NCBI RefSeq assembly: GCF_009914755.1 | Contig: NC_060927.1 | DNA: 64,000 nt | Strand: one strand, 5' to 3' | Source: the human T2T-CHM13v2.0 reference genome, Homo sapiens | Notes under the pieces: model-generated | What the model saw: only the letters and a program-made list of their open reading frames with translations | Told to the model about the DNA's origin: nothing | Database searches by the model: none | Part shown: positions 53,901-64,000 of the stretch, one piece after another | Layout of the letters: each line of letters starts with the position of its first letter | How positions within the stretch are numbered: the stretch's first letter is position 1 | Program-made: the position numbers and the translations under genes

Positions 53901-56900
53901 AGAAACAACTTTGTGATGTGTGCGTTCAACTCTCGGAGTTTAACCTTTCTTTTGATAGACCAGTTATGAAACACTCTTTTTGTAGAATCTGCAAGTAAAT
54001 ATTTGGACTTTTTTGAGGCCTTCATTGGAAACGGGATCTCTTCATACAAACATTGACAGAAGAATTCCCAGAAACTTCTCTGTGATGTGTGCATTTAACT
54101 CTCAGAGTTCAACCTTCCTTTTGATAGAAGAGGGTTGAAATATTCTTTTTGTAGAATTTCCAAGTGAATATTTAGAGCGGTTTCAGGCCTAAGTAGAAGA
54201 GAAAATATCTTCACAGAAAAACTAGACATAATTGTTCTCTGAAGCTACTTTGTGATGTGCGCATTCAGCTTACAGAGTTTAACCTTTCTTTGGATCGAGC
54301 GGTTTTAAACACTCTTTTTGTGGAATTTGCAATTCTATATTTAGAGTGCTTTCAGGCCTGTGGTACAAAAGGGAATGTCCTCACATAAAATCTAGACAGA
54401 AGCATTGTCGGAAACTACTTTGTGATACCTGCCTTCAACTCTCAGAGTTGAATGTTCCTCTTGATGGAGCAGTTTTGAAAAACTCTTTTTGTTGAATCTC
54501 CAAGTGGATATTTGGACCTCTTTGTGGCCTTCGTTTGAGACGTGACTTCTTCATACAAAAGTAGACAGAAGAATTCTCATCAACTTCTTCGTGATGTGTG
54601 CTTTCAACTCGCAGCGTTGAAGCTTCCTTTCGATAGAGCAGTTCTGTAACTCTCTTTTTGTAGAATTTCCAAGTGGATATTTAGCGCCGTTTGAGGCCAA
54701 TGGTGGAAAAGGCAATATCTTCATAGAAAAACTAGACAGAATGATTCTCAGAAACTACTTTGTGATGTGTGCCTTCAACTCACAGAGTTTAACCTTTCTT
54801 TTGATAGAGCAGTTTTGAAAAACTCTTTTTGTAGAATCTGCAAGTGTATATTGGGACTTTTCTGAGGCCATCTTTGGAAACGGGATTTCTTCAGATAAAA
54901 CTTGAAAGAAGAATCCTCAAAAAATTATTTGTGATATGTGCATTTAACTCATGGAGTTGAAACTTCCTTTCGATAGAAGAGTTTTGAAATACTCTTTTTG
55001 TAGAATTCCCAAGTGGATTTTTACAGCGGTTTGAGGTCTATGGCAGCAAAAGAAATATCTTCACAGAAAAACTAGGCAGATTCATTCTCCGAAGCTGTTT
55101 TGTGATGCTTGCATTCAGCTGACAGAGTTTAAACTTCCTTTGATAGAGCAGTTTGGAAACATTTTTTTTGTGGAATTTGCAAGTGTATATTTAGAGCGTT
55201 TTGAGGCCTACAGTAGGAAAGGAAATATCTTCACCTAAAAACTAGACAGAAGTATTGTCAGAAACTTATTTGTGATATTTGCATTCAACGCACGGAGTTG
55301 AACATTCCTCTTGATGGAGCCGTTTTGAAGCACTCTTTTTGTGGAATCTGCAAGTGGATATTTGGACCTCTTTGTGGCCTTCGTGTGAAACGTGATTTCT
55401 TCATTTACAACTAGACAGAAGAATTCTCAGAAACTTCTTTGTGATGTGTACTTTCAACTCACAGAGTTGAAGCTTCCTTTCAATAGAGCACTTTTGAAAC
55501 TCAGTTTCTGTAGAATTTCCAGGTGGATATTTAGCGCCGTTTGAGGCCTATGGTGGAAAAGGCAATATCTTCGTAGAAAAACTAGACAGAATGATTCTCA
55601 GAAACAACTTTGTGATGTGTGCGTTCAACTCACGGAGTTTAACCTTTCTTTTGATAGACCAGTTATGAAACACTCTTTTTGTAGAATCTGCAAGTAAATA
55701 TTTGGACTTTTTTGAGGCCTTCATTGGAAACGGGATCTCCTCATATAAACCTTGACAGAAGAATTCCCAGAAACTTCTCTGTGATGTGTGCATTTAACTC
55801 TCAGAGTTCAACCTTCCTTTTGATAGAAGAGGGTTGAAATTTTCTTTTTGTAGAATTTCCAAGTGAATATTTAGAGCGGTTTCAGGCCTAAGTAGAAGAG
55901 AAAATATCTTCACAGAAAAACTAGACATAATTGTTCTCTGAAGCTTCTTTGTGATGTGCGCATTCAGCTTACAGAGTTTAACCTTTCTTTGGATCGAGCG
56001 GTTTTAAACACTCTTTTTGTGGAATTTGCAATTCTATATTTAGAGTGCTTTCAGGCCTGTGGTACAAAAGGGAATGTCCTCACATAAAATCTAGACAGAA
56101 GCATTGTCGGAAACTACTTTGTGATACCTGCCTTCAACTCTCAGAGTTGAATGTTCCTCTTGATGGAGCAGTTTTGAAAAACTCTTTTTGTTGAATCTCC
56201 AAGTGGATATTTGGACCTCTTTGTGGCCTTCGTTTGAGACGTGACTTCTTCATACAAAAGTAGACAGAAGAATTCTCATCAACTTCTTCGTGATGTGTGC
56301 TTTCAACTCGCAGCGTTGAAGCTTCCTTTCGATAGAGCCGTTCTGTAACTCTCTTTTTGTAGAATTTCCAAGTGGATATTTAGCGCCGTTTGAGGCCAAT
56401 GGTGGAAAAGGCAATATCTTCATAGAAAAACTAGACAGAATGATTCTCAGAAACTACTTTGTGATGTGTGCCTTCAACTCACAAAGTTTAAGCTTTCTTT
56501 TGATAGAGCAGTTTTGAAAAACTCTTTTTGTAGAATCTGCAAGTGTATATTGGGACTTTTCTGAGGCCATCTTTGGAAACGGGATTTCTTCATATAAAAC
56601 TTGAAAGAAGAATCCTCAGAAAATTATTTGTGATATGTGCATTTAACTCATGGAGTTGAAACTTCCTTTCGATAGAAGAGTTTTGAAATACTCTTTTTGT
56701 AGAATTCCCAAGTGGATTTTTACAGCGGTTTGAGGTCTATGGCAGCAAAAGAAATATCTTCACAGAAAAACTAGGCAGATTCATTCTCCGAAGCTGTTTT
56801 GTGATGCTTGCATTCAGCTGACAGAGTTTAAACTTCCTTTGATAGAGCAGTTTGGAAACACTCTTTTTGTGGAATTTGCAAGTGTATATTTAGAGCGCTT

Positions 56901-59900
56901 TGAGGCCTACAGTAGGAAAGGAAATATCTTCACCTAAAAACTAGACAGAAGTATTGTCAGAAACTTATTTGTGATATTTGCATTCAACGCACGGAGTTGA
57001 ACATTCCTCTTGATGGAGCCGTTTTGAAGCACTCTTTTTGTGGAATCTGCAAGTGGATATTTGGACCTCTTTGTGGCCTTCATGTGAAACGTGATTTCTT
57101 CATTTACAACTAGACAGAAGAATTCTCAGAAACTTCTTTGTGATGTGTACTTTCAACTCACAGAGTTGAAGCTTCCTTTCAATAGAGCACTTTTGAAACT
57201 CAGTTTCTGTAGAATTTCCAGGTGGATATTTAGCGCCGTTTGAGGCCTATGGTGGAAAAGGCAATATCTTCGTAGAAAAACTAGACAGAATGATTCTCAG
57301 AAACAACTTTGTGATGTGTGCGTTCAACTCACGGAGTTTAACCTTTCTTTTGATAGACCAGTTATGAAACACTCTTTTTGTAGAATCTGCAGGTAAATAT
57401 TTGGACTTTTTTGAGGCCTTCATTGGAAACGGGATCTCTTCATATAAACCTTGACAGAAGAATTCCCAGAAACTTCTCTGTGATGTGTGCATTTAACTCT
57501 CAGAGTTCAACCTTCCTTTTGATAGAAGAGGGTTGAAATTTTCTTTTTGTAGAATTTCCAAGTGAATATTTAGAGCGGTTTCAGGCCTAAGTAGAAGAGA
57601 AAATATCTTCACAGAAAAACTAGACATAATTGTTCTCTGAAGCTACTTTGTGATGTGCGCATTCAGCTTACAGAGTTTAACCTTTCTTTGGATCGAGCGG
57701 TTTTAAACACTCTTTTTGTGGAATTTGCAATTCTATATTTAGAGTGCTTTCAGGCCTGTGGTACAAAAGGGAATGTCCTCACATAAAATCTAGACAGAAG
57801 CATTGTCGGAAACTACTTTGTGATACCTGCCTTCAACTCTCAGAGTTGAATGTTCCTCTTGATGGAGCAGTTTTGAAAAACTCTTTTTGTTGAATCTCCA
57901 AGTGGATATTTGGACCTCTTTGTGGCCTTCGTTTGAGACGTGACTTCTTCATACAAAAGTAGACAGAAGAATTCTCATCAACTTCTTCGTGATGTGTGCT
58001 TTCAACTCGCAGCGTTGAAGCTTCCTTTCGATAGAGCAGTTCAGTAACTCTCTTTTTGTAGAATTTCCAAGTGGATATTTAGCGCCGTTTGAGGCCAATG
58101 GTGGAAAAGGCAATATCTTCATAGAAAAACTAGACAGAATGATTCTCAGAAACTACTTTGTGATGTGTGCCTTCAACTCACAGAGTTTAACCTTTCTTTT
58201 GATAGAGCAGTTTTGAAAAACTCTTTTTGTAGAATCTGCAAGTGTATATTGGGACTTTTCTGAGGCCATCTTTGGAAACGGGATTTCTTCAGATAAAACT
58301 TGAAAGAAGAATCCTCAGAAAATTATTTGTGATATGTGCATTTAACTCATGGAGTTGAAACTTCCTTTCGATAGAAGAGTTTTGAAATACTCTTTTTGTA
58401 GAATGTCCAAGTGGATTTTTACAGCGGTTTGAGGTCTATGGCAGCCAAAGAAATATCTTCACAGAAAAACTAGGCAGATTCATTCTCCGAAGCTGTTTTG
58501 TGATGCTTGCATTAAGCTGACAGAGTTTAAACTTCCTTTGATAGAGCAGTTTGGAAACACTCTTTTTGTGGAATTTGCAAGTGTATATTTAGAGCGCTTT
58601 GAGGCCTACAGTAGGAAAGGAAATATCTTCACCTAAAAACTAGACAGAAGTATTGTCAGAAACTTATTTGTGATATTTGCATTCAACGCACGGAGTTGAA
58701 CATTCCTCTTGATGGAGCCGTTTTGAAGCACTCTTTTTGTGGAATCTGCAAGTGGATATTTGGACCTCTTAGTGGCCTTCGTGTGAAACGTGATTTCTTC
58801 ATTTACATCTAGACAGAAGAATTCTCAGAAACTTCTTTGTGATGTGTACTTTCAACTCACAGAGTTGAAGCTTCCTTTCAATAGAGCACTTTTGAAACTC
58901 AGTTTCTGTAGAATTTCCAGGTGGATATTTAGCGCCGTTTGAGGCCTATGCTGGAAAAGGCAATATCTTCGTAGAAAAACTAGACAGAATGATTCTCAGA
59001 AACAACTTTGTGATGTGTGCGTTCAACTCACGGAGTTTAACCTTTCTTTTGATAGACCAGTTATGAAACACTCTTTTTGTAGAATCTGCAAGTAAATATT
59101 TGGACTTTTTTGAGGCCTTCATTGGAAACGGGATCTCTTCATATAAACCTTGAGAGAAGAATTCCCAGAAACTTCTCTGTGATGTGTGCATTTAACTCTC
59201 AGAGTTCAACCTTCCTTTTGATAGAAGAGGGTTGAAATATTCTTTTTGTAGAATTTCCAAGTGAATATTTAGAGCGGTTTCAGGCCTAAGTAGAAGAGAA
59301 AATATCTTCACAGAAAAACTAGACATAATTGTTCTCTGAAGCTACTTTGTGATGTGCGCATTCAGCTTACAGAGTTTAACCTTTCTTTGGATCGAGCGGT
59401 TTTAAACACTCTTTTTGTGGAATTTGCAATTCTATATTTAGAGTGCTTTCAGGCCTGTGGTACAAAAGGGAATGTCCTCACATAAAATCTAGACAGAAGC
59501 ATTGTCGGAAACTACTTTGTGATACCTGCCTTCAACTCTCAGAGTTGAATGTTCCTCTTGATGGAGCAGTTTTGAAAAACTCTTTTTGTTGAATCTCCAA
59601 GTGGATATTTGGACCTCTTTGTGGCCTTCATTTGAGACGTGACTTCTTCATACAAAAGTAGACAGAAGAATTCTCATCAACTTCTTCGTGATGTGTGCTT
59701 TCAACTCGCAGCGTTGAAGCTTCCTTTCGATAGAGCAGTTCTGTAACTCTCTTTTTGTAGAATTTCCAATTGGATATTTAGCGCCGTTTGAGGCCAATGG
59801 TGGAAAAGGCAATATCTTCATAGAAAAACTAGACAGAATGATTCTCAGAAACTACTTTGTGATGTGTGCCTTCAACTCACAGAGTTTAACCTTTCTTTTG

Positions 59901-62900
59901 ATAGAGCAGTTTTGAAAAACTCTTTTTGTAGAATCTGCAAGTGTATATTGGGACTTTTCTGAGGCCATCTTTGGAAACGGGATTTCTTCAGATAAAACTT
60001 GAAAGAAGAATCCTCAGAAAATTATTTGTGATATGTGCATTTAACTCATGGAGTTGAAACTTCCTTTCGATAGAAGAGTTTTGAAATACTCTTTTTGTAG
60101 AATTCCCAAGTGGATTTTTACAGCGGTTTGAGGTCTATGGCAGCAAAAGAAATATCTTCACAGAAAAACTAGGCAGATTCATTCTCCGAAGCTGTTTTGT
60201 GATGCTTGCATTCAGCTGACAGAGTTTAAACTTCCTTTGATAGAGCAGTTTGGAAACACTCTTTTTGTGGAATTTGCAAGTGTATATTTAGAGCGCTTTG
60301 AGGCCTACAGTAGGAAAGGAAATATCTTCACCTAAAAACTAGACAGAAGTATTGTCAGAAACTTATTTGTGATATTTGCATTCAACGCACGGAGTTGAAC
60401 ATTCCTCTTGATGGAGCCGTTTTGAAGCACTCTTTTTGTGGAATCTGCAAGTGGATATTTGGACCTCTTTGTGGCCTTCATGTGAAACGTGATTTCTTCA
60501 TTTACAACTAGACAGAAGAATTCTCAGAAACTTCTTTGTGATGTGTACTTTCAACTCACAGAGTTGAAGCTTCCTTTCAATAGAGCACTTTTGAAACTCA
60601 GTTTCTGTAGAATTTCCAGGTGGATATTTAGCGCCGTTTGAGGCCTATGGTGGAAAAGGCAATATCTTCGTAGAAAAACTAGACAGAATGATTCTCAGAA
60701 ACAACTTTGTGATGTGTGCGTTCAACTCACGGAGTTTAACCTTTCTTTTGATAGACCAGTTATGAAACACTCTTTTTGTAGAATCTGCAGGTAAATATTT
60801 GGACTTTTTTGAGGCCTTCATTGGAAACGGGATCTCTTCATATAAACCTTGACAGAAGAATTCCCAGAAACTTCTCTGTGATGTGTGCATTTAACTCTCA
60901 GAGTTCAACCTTCCTTTTGATAGAAGAGGGTTGAAATTTTCTTTTTGTAGAATTTCCAAGTGAATATTTAGAGCGGTTTCAGGCCTAAGTAGAAGAGAAA
61001 ATATCTTCACAGAAAAACTAGACATAATTGTTCTCTGAAGCTACTTTGTGATGTGCGCATTCAGCTTACAGAGTTTAACCTTTCTTTGGATCGAGCGGTT
61101 TTAAACACTCTTTTTGTGGAATTTGCAATTCTATATTTAGAGTGCTTTCAGGCCTGTGGTACAAAAGGGAATGTCCTCACATAAAATCTAGACAGAAGCA
61201 TTGTCGGAAACTACTTTGTGATACCTGCCTTCAACTCTCAGAGTTGAATGTTCCTCTTGATGGAGCAGTTTTGAAAAACTCTTTTTGTTGAATCTCCAAG
61301 TGGATATTTGGACCTCTTTGTGGCCTTCGTTTGAGACGTGACTTCTTCATACAAAAGTAGACAGAAGAATTCTCATCAACTTCTTCGTGATGTGTGCTTT
61401 CAACTCGCAGCGTTGAAGCTTCCTTTCGATAGAGCAGTTCAGTAACTCTCTTTTTGTAGAATTTCCAAGTGGATATTTAGCGCCGTTTGAGGCCAATGGT
61501 GGAAAAGGCAATATCTTCATAGAAAAACTAGACAGAATGATTCTCAGAAACTACTTTGTGATGTGTGCCTTCAACTCACAGAGTTTAACCTTTCTTTTGA
61601 TAGAGCAGTTTTGAAAAACTCTTTTTGTAGAATCTGCAAGTGTATATTGGGACTTTTCTGAGGCCATCTTTGGAAACGGGATTTCTTCAGATAAAACTTG
61701 AAAGAAGAATCCTCAGAAAATTATTTGTGATATGTGCATTTAACTCATGGAGTTGAAACTTCCTTTCGATAGAAGAGTTTTGAAATACTCTTTTTGTAGA
61801 ATGTCCAAGTGGATTTTTACAGCGGTTTGAGGTCTATGGCAGCAAAAGAAATATCTTCACAGAAAAACTAGGCAGATTCATTCTCCGAAGCTGTTTTGTG
61901 ATGCTTGCATTCAGCTGACAGAGTTTAAACTTCCTTTGATAGAGCAGTTTGGAAACACTCTTTTTGTGGAATTTGCAAGTGTATATTTAGAGCGCTTTGA
62001 GGCCTACAGTAGGAAAGGAAATATCTTCACCTAAAAACTAGACAGAAGTATTGTCAGAAACTTATTTGTGATATTTGCATTCAACGCACGGAGTTGAACA
62101 TTCCTCTTGATAGAGCCGTTTTGAAGCACTCTTTTTGTGGAATCTGCAAGTGGATATTTGGACCTCTTAGTGGCCTTCGTGTGAAACGTGATTTCTTCAT
62201 TTACATCTAGACAGAAGAATTCTCAGAAACTTCTTTGTGATGTGTACTTTCAACTCACAGAGTTGAAGCTTCCTTTCAATAGAGCACTTTTGAAACTCAG
62301 TTTCTGTAGAATTTCCAGGTGGATATTTAGCGCCGTTTGAGGCCTATGGTGGAAAAGGCAATATCTTCGTAGAAAAACTAGACAGAATGATTCTCAGAAA
62401 CAACTTTGTGATGTGTGCGTTCAACTCACGGAGTTTAACCTTTCTTTTGATAGACCAGTTATGAAACACTCTTTTTGTAGAATCTGCAAGTAAATATTTG
62501 GACTTTTTTGAGGCCTTCATTGGAAACGGGATCTCTTCATATAAACCTTGAGAGAAGAATTCCCAGAAACTTCTCTGTGATGTGTGCATTTAACTCTCAG
62601 AGTTCAACCTTCCTTTTGATAGAAGAGGGTTGAAATATTCTTTTTGTAGAATTTCCAAGTGAATATTTAGAGCGGTTTCAGGCCTAAGTAGAAGAGAAAA
62701 TATCTTCACAGAAAAACTAGACATAATTGTTCTCTGAAGCTACTTTGTGATGTGCGCATTCAGCTTACAGAGTTTAACCTTTCTTTGGATCGAGCGGTTT
62801 TAAACACTCTTTTTGTGGAATTTGCAATTCTATATTTAGAGTGCTTTCAGGCCTGTGGTACAAAAGGGAATGTCCTCACATAAAATCTAGACAGAAGCAT

Positions 62901-63390
62901 TGTCGGAAACTACTTTGTGATACCTGCCTTCAACTCTCAGAATTGAATGTTCCTCTTGATGGAGCAGTTTTGAAAAACTCTTTTTGTTGAATCTCCAAGT
63001 GGATATTTGGACCTCTTTGTGGCCTTCATTTGAGACGTGACTTCTTCATACAAAAGTAGACAGAAGAATTCTCATCAACTTCTTCGTGATGTGTGCTTTC
63101 AACTCGCAGCGTTGAAGCTTCCTTTCGATAGAGCAGTTCTGTAACTCTCTTTTTGTAGAATTTCCAAGTGGATATTTAGCGCCGTTTGAGGCCAATGGTG
63201 GAAAAGGCAATATCTTCATAGAAAAACTAGACAGAATGATTCTCAGAAACTACTTTGTGATGTGTGCCTTCAACTCACAGAGTTTAACCTTTCTTTTGAT
63301 AGAGCAGTTTTGAAAAACTCTTTTTGTAGAATCTGCAAGTGTATATTGGGACTTTTCTGAGGCCATCTTTGGAAACGGGATTTCTTCATA
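38930..63390 (+). repeat. HOR haplotype domain C (~14.5 copies)
   Basis: Diagnostic alleles: gcagcgttgaagc, gcagttctgtaa, gccaatggtgg, gggatctc, gggttgaaa, gcctaagtag, ggatcgagcgg, aatgttcctc. Confidence 0.9.
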
Positions 63391-64000
63391 TAAAACTTGA
63401 AAGAAGAATCCTCAGAAAATTATTTGTGATATGTGCATTTAACTCATGGAGTTGAAACTTCCTTTCGATAGAAGAGTTTTGAAATACTCTTTTTGTAGAA
63501 TTTCCAATTGGATTTTTACAGCGGTTTGAGGTCTATGGCAGAAAAAGAAATATCTTCACAGAAAAACAAGGCAGATTCATTCTCCGAAGCTGCTTTGTGA
63601 TGCTTGCATTCAGCTGACAGAGTTTAAACTTCCTTTGATAGAGCAGTTTTGAAACACTCTTTTTGTGGAATTTGCAAGTGTATATTTAGAGCGTTTTGAG
63701 GCCTACAGTAGGAAAGGAAATACCTTCACCTAAAAACTAGACAGAAGTATTGTCAGAAACTTATTTGTGATATTTGCATTCAACGCACGGAGTTGAACAT
63801 TCCTCTTGATGGAGCCGTTTTGAAGCACTCTTTTTGTGGAATCTGCAAGTGGATATTTGGACCTCTTTGTGGCCTTCGTGGGAAACGTGATTTCTTCATT
63901 TACAACTAGACAGAAGAATTCTCAGAAACTACTTTGTGATGTGTACTTTCAACTCACAGAGTTGAAGCTTCCTTTCAATAGAGCACCTTTGAAACTCAGT

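Larger units (their letters stand above)
1..64000 (+). repeat. Alpha-satellite HOR array, 10-mer of ~1699 bp, ~37.7 tandem head-to-tail copies
   Basis: Alphoid motifs (ctagacagaag..ttctcagaaact, ttcaactcacagagttgaa, gtagaatctgcaagtggatatttgga) recur every ~170 bp. The anchor caggcctgtggtacaaaagg (or a 1-nt variant) starts at 1, 1700, 3398, 5097, 6795, 8493, 10192, 11891, 13590, 15288, 16987, 18685, 20383, 22081, 23780, 25479, 27178, 28877, 30576, 32274, 33973, 35671, 37369, 39067, 40765, 42463, 44161, 45860, 47557, 49256, 50955, 52654, 54353, 56052, 57751, 59450, 61149 and 62848. Confidence 0.99.

Noticed and set aside
55161-55169. Longer T tract (attttttttg replacing actctttttg)
   Set aside because: It is two C->T changes in one copy with no length change; not a microsatellite or a retroposon tail.
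242-62589. Recurrent 62-117 aa ORFs on both strands (e.g. MCAFNSQ..., MHTSQRSF..., MESASGY...)
   Set aside because: They are chance open frames in alphoid DNA that recur at the 1.7 kb period. They appear and vanish with haplotype SNPs and 1-bp indels, resemble no domain I recognise, and have no gene context. They only help as markers of the A/B/C domains.
1-64000. CRISPR-like repeat/spacer appearance of conserved blocks alternating with variable ones
   Set aside because: There are no unique spacers; every segment is homologous at 170, 850 and 1699 bp, and there are no cas genes.
1-64000. A hidden novel gene system, or an Alu/L1/LTR insertion or inversion
   Set aside because: The anchor spacing of 1697-1699 bp accounts for every base, leaving no room for inserted sequence, and the orientation never flips.

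Overview
The whole 64 kb window is one uninterrupted, single-orientation primate alpha-satellite (alphoid) higher-order repeat (HOR) array. It holds 37 complete copies plus ~0.7 copy of a 10-monomer HOR of 1697-1699 bp, with monomers of 169-171 bp. The HOR is a diverged duplication of a pentamer, with box order B-A-B-A-A / B-A-B-A-A and ~850 bp internal homology. All four B-type boxes per HOR are mutated away from the canonical CENP-B box, which points to an inactive, flanking HOR rather than a live kinetochore array. The monomers look SF1/SF01-like, and my best guess from recall, not from a search, is the human chr3 10-mer S01C3H2 (D3-2). I see no genes, RNA genes, transposons, inversions or monomer-level structural variants; the listed ORFs are artefacts of the repeat. 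I cannot support a novel gene-based system here. The real information is in the copy-to-copy variants: three HOR-haplotype domains (A ~1-27.4 kb, B ~27.4-38.0 kb, C ~38.9-63.4 kb), one sharp and one mosaic junction, local duplications and a triplication, two emerging 2-HOR (20-mer, ~3.4 kb) super-periods, conversion-like patches, and a quasi-palindrome that becomes perfect in six copies.
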